Positions 10,069 to 19,962 of a stretch of DNA of 64,000 nucleotides are shown piece after piece. The stretch is taken from assembly GCA_037200965.1 (NCBI GenBank), contig JBBCGK010000001.1, positions 640,001 to 704,000 on the forward strand. The letters are read 5' to 3'. The DNA is from a bacterium. GTDB lineage: Bacteria > Patescibacteriota > Minisyncoccia > Phycocordibacterales > Phycocordibacteraceae. The notes beneath the pieces were generated by a model. The model saw nothing but the letters and a program-made list of their open reading frames with translations. It searched no databases and had not been told where the DNA came from. A program made the position numbers and the translations under genes. The number at the start of each line of letters is the position of its first letter. The first letter of the stretch is position 1.

Positions 10069-10458
10069 ATGATGCACATCAAATACAAGCTCGATACGTC
10101 GAAGCTCCACGGCATCGGATTATTTGCCGCCGAGAACGTACAGAAAGGACAACTCGTTTATACCGCAAGTCCGGTACTTGACCTCAACATAACGCAGGAG
10201 CAATTCGATGCGCTAAACGAATCGGAACAGCAGGAAATACGGTGGTGGGGATTCGAGGTCGAACCGGGAATCTGGCATGTCGACTTCGACGTCTCAAAAT
10301 TCATTAATCATTCCTACGATTCCACCGTGACCCAGGATCAACATACTAAAGAGGCGCATCTGATAGCGGTGCGGGATATCGAAGCGGGGGAGGAGCTCAC
10401 GCAGAATTATTTGGAATTCGAGTCCGCGGAGGATTTGCAGCGGAGAGGGATTGAGTAG
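10069..10458 (+). CDS. SET-domain protein (putative lysine methyltransferase)
   Basis: GIGLFAAENVQKGQLV, INHSYDST (NHSCxPN-like), GEELTQNY (ELxxDY-like) motifs. Confidence 0.55.
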   Translation: MMHIKYKLDTSKLHGIGLFAAENVQKGQLVYTASPVLDLNITQEQFDALNESEQQEIRWWGFEVEPGIWHVDFDVSKFINHSYDSTVTQDQHTKEAHLIAVRDIEAGEELTQNYLEFESAEDLQRRGIE

Positions 10459-10595
10459 CGGTTCAGTGGAGTCACGAAAACTATCGTGTCGGGTATTCTA
10501 CCGACACACGGTCAATCAGTATGGTAGATGCATGTCGGTGAGCGTTCCAACAAGGATTAAGTTCATTCTATGTTAGAACGGTATATACTAGATTC

Positions 10596-11230
10596 ATGAA
10601 GGAATTCGTACCTACATCACGCGCGAAAAATCCGGAGCCCGATACTTCAGATATCGCCGAATGGCTTGAAGGCGAATCAAGGGAGGTGCGCGCGCTCTTT
10701 AATCAGCTGCCGCGTCCGCTTTGGAGACGGCATTATCAGGCCATAGAGGATCGTATCGCGGCGAGTCCAGACCTCAACCCTGAAGCGCTAGCGCAAGAGA
10801 AGCTTGGGTATCTCTTAGGAGTAGTGGAAGCCAGGAGAGTAAGTCTGGAAGAGTTCAAGTCGACCGATCCGCATTTTCGGGAGTTGATAGCCGAACCTAA
10901 ATTCGGTGAGAGACTGCAGGGATTGCTTGAGTCTCCGGAAGAGACGCTCGGCGCCGGACAAACTGCGCGCGTAAAGCGACTTAGCCTTGCCGGCGAACGT
11001 AACGCTGCGGTGAAGTACCTCCTCACCCCCACACAAAAAACTCTCTCGGCAGAAGGAGAGCATGACATGCTGTGGGAAGTTGATACGGTGACGCATATCG
11101 AAGAGGAAGAACACAAAATAGGCGCGGGCTCCAGAATCCGCGTACCGCACCCATACTTTTACTACAAGAACGAAAAGCTCCAATGTTATGGCATGGAAGA
11201 AATTAAAGGTCAAACCATCGAGCGGTACAT
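10596..11230 (+). pseudogene. protein kinase-like gene, N-terminal fragment (Gly-loop GAGQTARV, AVKYL, hinge YGMEEIKGQTIERY) truncated by IS30 insertion
   Basis: N-lobe kinase motifs; the reading frame runs into the IS30 terminal repeat at 11231. Confidence 0.6.
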
Positions 11231-12268
11231 TCAAGAATATATCGCAACACCCGTATCCCTCCAGAATACTTCCTCGGGCGTCAGCCCGCCATGGCGCTTG
11301 CGTGGTCGGGTATTGATGAGGCGTTCCGCTCGAGCAAGCTCCTCGTCAGAGACCAAACTCCAGTCGGTCTTCTTTGGGAAAAATCGACGGGCTAGACCAT
11401 TCGCGTTCTCGTTTGAGCCGCGCTCGCACGAGCTGTATGGATGGGCGAAGAATATATCCATGTCGAGTGCTTCTTTGACTTCTTCCCACCGCACGTTCTC
11501 CGTACCGCGGTCTCGCGTGAGCGTCTTGCGCACGCGCTTTGGAAGAGCGGAGAGCCGTTTGATGAGTGCCTCGTCGCAGACAACGGCCGTACCATCCTTG
11601 GCCTTCTCAAAGAAGGTCACACCGCTCCTGCGCTCGGTCATACTTTTGACACGGTCGGTTGATTGCCTCGACACCATGGTGTCGTCTTCCCAGTCACCGA
11701 TGCGGGAGCGTTCGTTCACCACCTCGGGACGCGCTTCGATTGAGGGCAACGCCTCATTCCGTGCCATTCTGCGGGCTTTCCTGAAGCCCTGCTTCGCACG
11801 CGCCTTGTGGCGACGTGCCAAATGCGGCCGCAGATCGGTCTCTCCGGGCTTCACCGATCCTCGGCCCTTGCGATGTATCCTGCGGTATACCTCCTGGTAT
11901 ACCGCTTCGGTTGAGATGCGCATGGAAGGGTCGTCGGGGTATTCAAGTGGCAGTCGTATATGCACTTGCTCGGGAGACCATTTCTTTTCCCGCATCTTCT
12001 CCTCGACGTACGCTTTGAGTGTTGGGGTACGCTTCATTTTTGGCGTGTTGCCTCGCTTGCCAATGCGTTCTTGCGCTTTTGCGTGTGCCGCTTCAGCTCG
12101 ATACCGCCCCATCCCTTTGCGCGGTTTCCCCGCAAGCTCGCGGGAGACCGAGCTCTTGTTGCGGCCGAGTTCCGTGGCCATGTCCGTGACGCTCTTTGCG
12201 TCCTTGCGCCATCTGACTTCGATGATGCTTCGTTCGCGGAGCGTGAACGGTCCCTTGTTTTGTGCCAT
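11231..12268 (-). CDS. IS30-family transposase
   Basis: HTH N-term, DDE core DRGTEN, C-term HPYSSCERGSNENANGLARRFFPK, LINTRPRKRHGGLTPEEVF; ATG at 12268 (the track start at 12274 is TTG). Confidence 0.85.
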   Translation of the reverse strand: MAQNKGPFTLRERSIIEVRWRKDAKSVTDMATELGRNKSSVSRELAGKPRKGMGRYRAEAAHAKAQERIGKRGNTPKMKRTPTLKAYVEEKMREKKWSPEQVHIRLPLEYPDDPSMRISTEAVYQEVYRRIHRKGRGSVKPGETDLRPHLARRHKARAKQGFRKARRMARNEALPSIEARPEVVNERSRIGDWEDDTMVSRQSTDRVKSMTERRSGVTFFEKAKDGTAVVCDEALIKRLSALPKRVRKTLTRDRGTENVRWEEVKEALDMDIFFAHPYSSCERGSNENANGLARRFFPKKTDWSLVSDEELARAERLINTRPRKRHGGLTPEEVFWRDTGVAIYS

Positions 12269-12315
12269 ATCCAATTAGCCTAGTCTGCTAATTGGGTGTT
12301 GCAATTAATTCTGGA
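11231..12315 (-). mobile_element. IS30-family insertion sequence (~1085 bp)
   Basis: terminal IRs CAAGAATATATCGCAACACC (11232-11251) vs GGTGTTGCAATTAATTCTGG (12295-12314, reverse complement, 16/20 match); transposase stop inside IR. Confidence 0.75.
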
Positions 12316-12690
12316 ACTTAGGAGCAGCTTCTAAGTACCGGTACACCGAATACGCTTGCCGAGACTGAACAACGCGAAGCGGTCTGGAAAGCCTTGCGAC
12401 GCAGATACTCGGATCCGCAAGAGCAGGCATCTCTGCATACAGAACTCGACAAGTTTGTATTCGCGGTACACACCGTATGTCTTCATGGGGATATCAAGCT
12501 CGCGAATATGATGGTAGACGGAGAAGGCACCATCTACCTTATCGACTTTGGACAGTCGATAGACATGAACGCCATGAACGACAAAGCCCGCGAGCAGTTC
12601 GAGAATTTACAGGTTCTCGAACGCGACCAGGTTAAATTCTGCATTCGCTCACTCCTTGACGGCATAACGCGCCCAAAGCCCACTGTTTAA
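12316..12690 (+). pseudogene. protein kinase-like gene, C-terminal fragment (catalytic loop HGDIKLANMMV, DFG)
   Basis: frame open from 12322 (after a TAG at 12319), continues the kinase fold: LHGDIKLAN...LIDFGQS. Confidence 0.6.
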
Positions 12691-15311
12691 TCTTGAAGGT
12701 ACGGGAACCGTACCTAGTGGACCTCATCTCCAAGCTAAGATACGATCCCGAGAATACGCGCAGCAAACGTAAAAGCTTCTGCCAAATCGCTTTTAGCCAA
12801 AATACGAATTGACGGAAGGCGGTATCGTCAAACGCCCCATAAACGGACGCGGTTTGCGTTTGACGAACCACGTTCGCAGTTCCTGCACGTTCCTGTCTTT
12901 GAATCGGCGTATTTTCGATTGGCATTGATTTTATTTCTTGGGCAACGAGCGCAACTTCTTTGCGCGCTGGATTGACCACCGGACTTCCGGGAATAAGCGA
13001 AATCGCTGTTGTCGCCGTCGCGTGGGAAGCGGCACTTTCGGAAGAACGCCTGCCAACATCCGATACGGAAGACGTCGTAGTCGGCTGAAGCGAATTAGCG
13101 GAATATGGTACTGCCTCACCAAGCCGCGGAGTGATCTCGATATCGACCATGCCGTCGCCGTCTTCGTCAACTATAAGCGCGCTGGCGTGTCTCAGGTCAC
13201 CCGCAACTTTCATTGATGCTCTCGTGCGCTCGCGTACAGGCACCCCGTATATCGTGCTTGATGCGATAACACGGTCTCCTTCCTGTTCCTCAAGATCGAC
13301 CGAGAATGTTCCGGAACCGGTACCGCGAAGTTCGATTTCATAGTTCCGGCCCGCGGGGACGATACTATACTTGACCTCTCCGAATTCCCCGTACGTCGAA
13401 CCCGGAATATCCTCCCGTATCCTGCCGTCGTCGGTAAGGCCGGTGCGGCGTCCGCGCCCATCGGATACTTCGAGCGCGAGCGGGGAATGCAGAAAGAAGA
13501 GGAGTTTCTTCGCGGTCGGGAGTACGGGTTCGGTCGTGACGATCGAAGCCGGTGTTTCTTCGGTATTTGTAAGGATGCTCTCGATGAAAGCGCGCACGTC
13601 CGGATGCTCGAAGATGGTTCCGTGGTCGCTGTCGCTTCCTGCGAGATCTATCCAGTATTTCCTTGCTCCCGTATCCATCATGAGCGCGCTTATGCTCGGC
13701 ACGACGCCGTCGCCTCTGGGGGTGAAGAGCGGACGATATTCGCGAAGCGCGGGAGTTTCGGCACCGATAGGCCCGGCGAACGTGCGGGGGAGCGTATAGA
13801 AGTCGATACCGGAGACCGTTGAATCGACGCCGAAGCCCGCGAGCTCGTAGACGGCCGTGCCCGCGGGCGGCTGCCATGCGTCGATCGAGTCGTGCGTGGC
13901 GGAAGCATAGGCAAGAAGCGATTCGTTCGCATTATTCGCGGAGAGAAATTCCGCGAGTTCGTCTTCGCGGTTGAGAATTTCTCCATACGCATCTTCTTCC
14001 GCCGCATACGCCTCTCCTTCGAACTGTCCTACGGGGAGATCGGAGTCGCTAAAGTACGCCTCCGAAGGCAGGAGGTGGTATGCCATCGGCGCGTTCTGCG
14101 CGAATTCGCGCGCCGCGTCGGCGGAGACCACCGGAACGATGCCGTTAAGCGCCGCGATGCCCTGGTTGAGCCCGTAGAGGAGCGCGCCGACCGCTCCCGG
14201 CGCGCCGCTTTGCGGTACCCCGACAAGAATGACCTTGTCGATAAGCCGGGCGGTTTCCTCGCCTCCGAGCTTTTCCATGAGCGCTTTCGCGACCAGGCCG
14301 CCGTTGCTGTGCGCGATGACCGTCACCCGTCCGCTCTTTGATGTCGCCGCAAGCGAATGAAGCGTCTGTTCTATATACGGGGTGCTCGTCGCTTCTTCAT
14401 AGAAGATCATTCCGTCGCGCAGGGTGCCGTGTTCGATAATGTCCGGAAGCGACAGGCGCCAGTCGTAGGCGGCAGCTTTCCAGTCGCGTATCGTTCCCGC
14501 GCTTTTGAGCGCATCCATTTCATCCATGAAAGAGGCGTAGAAACGGTTGCCGTCGGCTTCGTCGATAACATCGCTTTCTTTGGCGTACAGATCGCTCCGC
14601 GCACTCTTTCCCGCGCCGTTAAGCGACAAGCTTTTCATCCGCTCGTTACCGATCCCGCCGAGAATATCGGCGATCGAATCGTTTTCCCCGATCGACCGGT
14701 TCCCAAAGCTTTCCTTCGGGTCCGTAGAGACGGCTGCCCTCGATGCCGGGAAGGAACAAGACATTCGATACTCCCGGCAGGGGAGGAGGCTCGGGGGTAT
14801 CCGGCTGCTTCACGGCTATCGCGGTGCTTGTCGCGGTTGCCATATACCCGGCCTCGTCCTCGACTGTCACCACCGCAACGACTGCCGCCGCATCCGGGCC
14901 AAGCGCGGGAATATTCATGGGTATGTTCTCAAGCGCTACGACGCCCTCTTCCGCAAACGCGCCCGTCATGGAATGAACCTGGCTCGCGATCGGTCCGTGA
15001 TACGCGCCGCTCCGGTCTATCGCGTACTGATAAATGATTGCGGACTTGAACGGAGAGAAAGTATCGTGCGCGAATCCTGCCAACATCGCACCCCACACGA
15101 TGCCGGGCTCTATCTCGCGGCCGTTCGTCGTATGGAAGTCGGTCAAAGTGACGGATATATCCGGCGTGGAAGTTGCGGCTGCCTCGACAGAGATTGCTTC
15201 AAGGGACAGGCTATCGGGCGAAGTGGCTTCCTCGGCATGCGCGGTAGCCGCAAAACCGCAAAGGAACAGCATGACTGACGCATATAACAGACCGCGCAAG
15301 AACATTCGCAT
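12632..15311 (-). CDS. secreted LCAT/PGAP1-like alpha/beta-hydrolase (lipase/acyltransferase), apparently frameshifted near 14650-14760
   Basis: signal peptide and LFLPGIEGSRLY in the 14646..15311 ORF; YDWRLS and lipase box IAHSNGG in the 12632..14764 ORF; the two ORFs overlap in different frames. Confidence 0.5.
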
Positions 15312-15439
15312 AGGCGAACGCTAGCAGGGAGCGAATAAGATTTTCTTAAAAGCCCGTGCGGACGAGCGGCCAAGACCGACACCGCATTATCTGTTCTTGA
15401 ACTCAATGGCGTACGATAAGCACACACGTAATCAATCGT

Positions 15440-15913
15440 ATGGGTGTTTTATCTCGATACAAGAAAATGTTGGCTGACGCAGGTGTTTTCTATAAAAAGA
15501 TAGGCAAGATCGTGTGCCCATATTTCGGGCATGAAATACCTTTCAATTCTGACGGTTTCCATCACCTCCAGTTTTCTGCCGACCGGGAACGAGATAAGAA
15601 AGAACAGATGCTGAAGTTCAGTTTGCTCCCCGCAGCACCACGCATCTTGAAAAACTCGGGTACCGTACAGGAACATCGAAAGACAATGGAAATCGAGAAC
15701 ATCGGTCGTTATTCAAAGAATGGCAAGCGAATGGTCGAGGTTGAGTATTGGGGTTTCGTTGCGATTGTCGGTGCCAGGGATCCGTTGCGCATAAAAGTGA
15801 TAGTACGGCGTGTCGGCACGGGACAGGTTCATTTCTGGAGTATTATGCCCGCGCAGCGCATGGGCGAAGACGCGTATCTCAAGGTCGGCAGCAAGGACAT
15901 GCAAGACGGCTAA
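15440..15913 (+). CDS. hypothetical protein (157 aa)
   Basis: ORF followed by strong terminator. Confidence 0.4.
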   Translation: MGVLSRYKKMLADAGVFYKKIGKIVCPYFGHEIPFNSDGFHHLQFSADRERDKKEQMLKFSLLPAAPRILKNSGTVQEHRKTMEIENIGRYSKNGKRMVEVEYWGFVAIVGARDPLRIKVIVRRVGTGQVHFWSIMPAQRMGEDAYLKVGSKDMQDG

Positions 15914-15914
15914 A

Positions 15915-15958
15915 GGCACATCAAAAAGCCCCGCATATGCGGGGCTTTTTGATGTGCC
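15915..15958. terminator. rho-independent terminator (20-bp stem GGCACATCAAAAAGCCCCGC/GCGGGGCTTTTTGATGTGCC)
   Basis: perfect long hairpin with T-run. Confidence 0.65.
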
Positions 15959-16151
15959 TGCCTTCAGCTTACGTATTTTAGCTGAACGGGCCTTGCGGCC
16001 ACAGGCACGGGGCGATTATACCCCAGCAGCATGAAGTTCCCAAGTAAGGTGTGAATTGCTCATAGTACGTAGGTTGCCTGCGGTGGTATTGCGTTTATGC
16101 GCCCTCTCTTATATAGTCTCCTTGACCCGCTTGCGGGTCGTATTTTCGTAA

Positions 16152-16559
16152 ATGTCTACCATAAACCAGCTCGCGAAGAAGCGCCGCAAGGATAAGACGA
16201 GGAAGACCACGGTCCTCGCTCTTGGCCGCGGCTTTAACGCGCTCGAGAACCGCCCGACCTACTATTCCTCGCCCTTCAAGCGCGGCGTTTGCACCAAGGT
16301 GACCACGAAAACTCCAAGGAAGCCGAACTCGGCCGTCCGCAAGATCGCGCGCGTGAGGCTCACGAACGGCATGGAGGTCACCGCGTATATCCCCGGAGAA
16401 GGGCACAACCTCCAGGAGCACTCGGTGGTGCTGCTTCGCGGCGGCCGCGTGAAGGACATCGGCGTCCAGTACACGATCGTGCGCGGCAAGCTCGACACCG
16501 CGGGCCTCGAGAAGCGCCGCCGCTCGCGCTCCCGCTACGGCGCGAAGAAGCCTAAATAA
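16152..16559 (+). CDS. rpsL: 30S ribosomal protein S12
   Basis: MSTINQL..., [21 protein letters not shown]... motifs. Confidence 0.9.
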   Translation: MSTINQLAKKRRKDKTRKTTVLALGRGFNALENRPTYYSSPFKRGVCTKVTTKTPRKPNSAVRKIARVRLTNGMEVTAYIPGEGHNLQEHSVVLLRGGRVKDIGVQYTIVRGKLDTAGLEKRRRSRSRYGAKKPK

Positions 16560-16564
16560 TTTCC

Positions 16565-17029
16565 ATGCGACGTCCTCTTAAAAAGAAGCGAACCTGGCGC
16601 CCCGACCTCAAGTACGGATCGGAAGGCCTTGAGCGTTTCGTAAACGCGGTCATGTGGGACGGAAAGAAAGATACCGCCCGCGCGGTCGTCTACGGCGCGC
16701 TTGAGAAGGTAAAGGAGAGCGGCGCAGACCCGCTTGAGACGTTCGAAGCGGCTATCAGGAACGTCTCTCCTCTTATGGAAGTCCGCTCCCGCCGCGTCGG
16801 CGGCGCGAACTATCAGGTGCCGCGCGAGGTTCCCCAGCAGCGCCGTCTCGCGCTTTCCTATCGCTGGATTATCGGCGCTGCCCGCTCGAAGAAGGGCAAG
16901 CCGATGGCCGAGAAGCTCGCCGAGCAGCTCGTCCTCGCCGCAAAGAACGAAGGCGACGCCATCAAGAAGAAGGATGACATGCACCGCATGGCGGAGTCGA
17001 ACAAGGCATTCGCGCACTTCGCGTGGTAG
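16565..17029 (+). CDS. rpsG: 30S ribosomal protein S7
   Basis: S7 sequence, follows rpsL by 5 bp. Confidence 0.9.
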   Translation: MRRPLKKKRTWRPDLKYGSEGLERFVNAVMWDGKKDTARAVVYGALEKVKESGADPLETFEAAIRNVSPLMEVRSRRVGGANYQVPREVPQQRRLALSYRWIIGAARSKKGKPMAEKLAEQLVLAAKNEGDAIKKKDDMHRMAESNKAFAHFAW

Positions 17030-17050
17030 TCATTTCATAGTATCCGAAAC

Positions 17051-17089
17051 ACAAAAGACGGCCGCGCTACGGCCGTCTTTTGTGTTTGC
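17051..17089. terminator. bidirectional rho-independent terminator
   Basis: ACAAAAGACGGCCG-CGCTA-CGGCCGTCTTTTGT then TTTG; between convergent rpsG and hypothetical gene. Confidence 0.6.
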
Positions 17090-17151
17090 GGCGGTGAATA
17101 CAAAGCAAAGGGTACGGTCCTGAGACCGCACCCTTTCACTCACCCCTTCTC

Positions 17152-17661
17152 TTATCCGGACCGAACGAGCTGCTGTAGCACCCGCACCTGGTCTCCTTCG
17201 TACCGGGCTGCTGCCCGAAGAGTTTCGGCCGTTTTCATCCATTCCCCGATTGCGGTGTGTATGCCGGATCCGATAACCGCTCTCAGAGTACCTGGAAGGT
17301 CGTTCTTGGCCATATCGCCGCCCGGGAGGGAATCGAAGAAAGCGTCCCAAGAGAGCCTTGCGAGACAACCGTATCCGTCTATTTTTGGGGGCGGCTTCGG
17401 GCCAACCAAATACACGCGGACGAACCCGCCTTTGACGGTGACTGGTTTCCCGTCCTTGCGTTCAAGCGAGCCGGGAACGGGAGCGTCGAGCGCCGTAAGA
17501 ATTTCATAACCCGGCGGCATATCGAATGTGACGGCCGCGATTGCTTCGAGGAATGCGCGTTCGTTTCCGTCCGGGTGACGGGCGATAGCTTCGACCGGAA
17601 TGCAATGACCGGACAATTCCTCCAAGTGCGAGAAAGCGGCGATAGAGCTGATGATGCGCAT
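17152..17661 (-). CDS. hypothetical protein (169 aa)
   Basis: ORF only; cargo between rpsG and IS481-like element. Confidence 0.4.
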   Translation of the reverse strand: MRIISSIAAFSHLEELSGHCIPVEAIARHPDGNERAFLEAIAAVTFDMPPGYEILTALDAPVPGSLERKDGKPVTVKGGFVRVYLVGPKPPPKIDGYGCLARLSWDAFFDSLPGGDMAKNDLPGTLRAVIGSGIHTAIGEWMKTAETLRAAARYEGDQVRVLQQLVRSG

Positions 17662-17744
17662 GATTTCCTCCTTGCGCTAGAACGGATTTACGGAATCGAA
17701 TCCGGAAGCACCATAGCATGGCCGTCCGGTTTTTACCCTAAGCA

Positions 17745-18845
17745 GCCGGATTGCCGCAACTTGCACAAGTTCAGATACATATGGCACTCCTCCTAACTGA
17801 GGAGCGATGCGTCAATTCAACATACTGAAGGATACCGAGGGCTGGTTGTATATGCGCGAGCGGAGCATACGCTTCCTGCATATGAGGAACAACGACGAGG
17901 TGCGGCATCGGGTCAAGGTGCTGGACTTCTGGAAAACGCACGGGGAGCGTGCGGCCAGGGACGCCTTCAGCGTCTCTCGCCGCACGCTCTTCCGTTGGCA
18001 GGCGAAGCTCGACCGCGCGCACGGGAGACTCGACGCGCTCGATCCCAAGTCGACGGCACCGAAGAATCGGAGGAGACGCATCGTCCTCCCCGAGGTCGAG
18101 ACGTTCATCCTGAAGGAGCGCGCGGAGCATCCGAGGCTCGGCAAGGCGAAGCTCGCAGCCCTGCTGCGGGAGGACGGGTACCGGGTATCCGAATCGTATG
18201 TCGGGAGGGTCGTCGCGGACCTCAAGAGGAGAGGGCTGCTGCTCCCGCACAAGCCGCTCTCATACTATGCGCGAAGCGGCACGTATCGGGAGAAGCCCGT
18301 ATCGAAGCGCACGAAGCTGCGCAGGCGGCACAAGCGGGGCATGGAGCTCGACACCGTCGTCCGCTTCATCGACGGCGTGAAGCGGTACGTCCTGACCGCC
18401 ATCGATGTCGAGAAGAAGTTCGCCTTCGCCGGCGCGTATACCGTCCACTCCTCCGCGTCCGCCGCCGATTTCCTCGCGCGCGTCATCGCGGTGTGCCCCT
18501 TCGACATCACGGAGCTCCAGACCGACAACGGCCCGGAGTTCGCCAAGAACTTCGAGGCGGGGTGCCGCGCCCTCGGCCTCACCCACTTCAATACGTTTCC
18601 CCGCAGCCCGAAGATGAACGCGTTCGTCGAGCGGTTCAACCGGACGATCTCGGAGGACTGCATCATGCTCAATCGGCCGCTCCTGCGGGACGACGTCGCG
18701 GCATTCAACCTGAAGCTGGTCGACTGGCTGCTCTGGTACAACGCCCGGCGTCCGCACGAGTCCCTGGGACAGGTGCCGCCGCTCCGGTATATACTCTCCT
18801 CATTAACGGCCGAGGAGTGCCAGAGGTACTGGACGCGTACGCCTG
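17745..18845 (+). mobile_element. IS481-family-like insertion sequence (second, divergent copy); right end abutted by IS30
   Basis: upstream end CATATGGCACTCC...CTAACTGAGGAGCGATG resembles the IS at 6973-7944; the C-terminal ECQRYW segment is homologous to the ECSIC-stop IR of the first copy; approximate boundaries. Confidence 0.55.
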
Positions 18846-18850
18846 AACCC
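17807..18850 (+). CDS. IS481-family DDE (rve) transposase (ORF in the track reads through to 19003 into the adjacent IS30)
   Basis: HTH N-term, TDNGPEF, SPKMNAFVERFNRT, RRPHESLGQVPPLRY; no stop codon before the IS30 junction. Confidence 0.7.
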
Positions 18851-19849
18851 CACTCTAACTGCAACACTCACTTCCTCAGAAATATCGAGCGCGGTGATTC
18901 GAATTTCAGACGCTTGCGCGGCCGGTCATTGAGCTTCTTCACCACATGCGCCAGCTCCTCAGGGGTGATCAGGTTGAAGTTGAGCGAACGAGGAAAGTAC
19001 TGACGCAGGAGTCCGTTGGTATTCTCGTTGGTACCACGCTCCCAAGGACGGTGCGGGTATGCGAAGTACACGGTTGCCCCGCTCTTCTTCCCGAGTCGCT
19101 TCCAGTCGGCAAATTCTGGACCGTTGTCGAGCGTGATGGTCTTGCGTTTGGCACGCGGAATATGACGGAAGCGTGCGAGCGCAAGCGACGTGAGGAGCTC
19201 GGCGCGCATCTTGGGCAACAAGTATGCAACCAGGTATCCGCTCCTGCGATCCACAAAGGTGACAATGCGGACTCGCTTGTCGCTGCCTTGCACCGTATCG
19301 CCCTCCCAGTCGCCGAGCCGGCTTCGTCGTTCAATAATCGTTGGACGGTCATCAATACGCTGCTTCTTGGCCGCTTCACGAGCCTTCTCGCGTATTTTGG
19401 TACCGCGCCTGCGACGGTATTTGCCTTTGGATGATCTGAGGAACTGCTTCAGGTGCGGAGCACGCTCCTCAATATATCGGTATATGGTGCTGGCGGAGAC
19501 TGCACCCGTCACCCCTTCAATTTGCTCAGGAGAGTGGTGGTCTTTGAGCATACGCACCACCGTGCGCAAGAGCGCACCCTTGAGCACGCGAATACTGTCC
19601 ATTGCAGCAATGCGTTTCAGCTTCTTCTTTCTGCGTACTTCGCGTACATCATATCCCTCACGTCCGCCGTATTCGTTCACATGACGAGAGATCGATCCTG
19701 CATCCTTCTCAAGCGTACGTGCGATCTCTCGGATCGCGTGTCCTGCCCGCAGCATGCGGGCAATCACCGGCCAGTCTCCTGGCCCAATCTGGGTATGTGC
19801 CATATCCAGAGAGTGTGGAACCCAAAAGAGCTGTTGCAATTAGCCTGCA
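18846..19849 (-). mobile_element. IS30-family insertion sequence (second copy, different lineage)
   Basis: ends CTAACTGCAACAC (18855-18867) and CTGTTGCAATTAG (19831-19843) inverted; same architecture as IS30 at 11231-12315. Confidence 0.65.
18868..19803 (-). CDS. IS30-family transposase
   Basis: DDE core, YFAYPHRPWERGTNENTNGLLRQYFPR, LNDRPRKRLKFESP. Confidence 0.85.
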   Translation of the reverse strand: MAHTQIGPGDWPVIARMLRAGHAIREIARTLEKDAGSISRHVNEYGGREGYDVREVRRKKKLKRIAAMDSIRVLKGALLRTVVRMLKDHHSPEQIEGVTGAVSASTIYRYIEERAPHLKQFLRSSKGKYRRRRGTKIREKAREAAKKQRIDDRPTIIERRSRLGDWEGDTVQGSDKRVRIVTFVDRRSGYLVAYLLPKMRAELLTSLALARFRHIPRAKRKTITLDNGPEFADWKRLGKKSGATVYFAYPHRPWERGTNENTNGLLRQYFPRSLNFNLITPEELAHVVKKLNDRPRKRLKFESPRSIFLRK

Positions 19850-19888
19850 AACTTTGTTGCGATTAGGGTGGGGATTCACCTACACAAC

Positions 19889-19918
19889 TTTGACAGACCT
19901 TTGTCTATAGGTTATTAT
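19889..19918 (+). promoter_or_regulatory. sigma70-like promoter TTGACA-N18-TATTAT upstream of 19963 gene
   Basis: consensus -35 and near-consensus -10 with 18-nt spacing; flanked by CCTTTGTC/GACAAAGG inverted repeat. Confidence 0.35.
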
Positions 19919-19962
19919 ATCCATGGATTCCCGAGTGGCGGGACAGACAAAGGGAGACGTGC

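Noticed and set aside
10596-12278. 560-aa plus-strand ORF spanning the IS30 element
   Set aside because: Only its first ~210 codons are the kinase N-fragment. The rest is the antisense frame of the IS30 transposase and is Ser/Arg-rich nonsense.
16122-16146. TTGACC ... TATTTT upstream of rpsL as a promoter
   Set aside because: The spacer is only 13 nt, which is incompatible with a sigma70 promoter. The real rpsL promoter is not identified.
17807-19003. 398-aa extent of the second IS481-like transposase ORF
   Set aside because: The last ~50 codons are read-through into the adjacent IS30 terminal repeat and transposase antisense. The functional protein, if any, ends near 18845.
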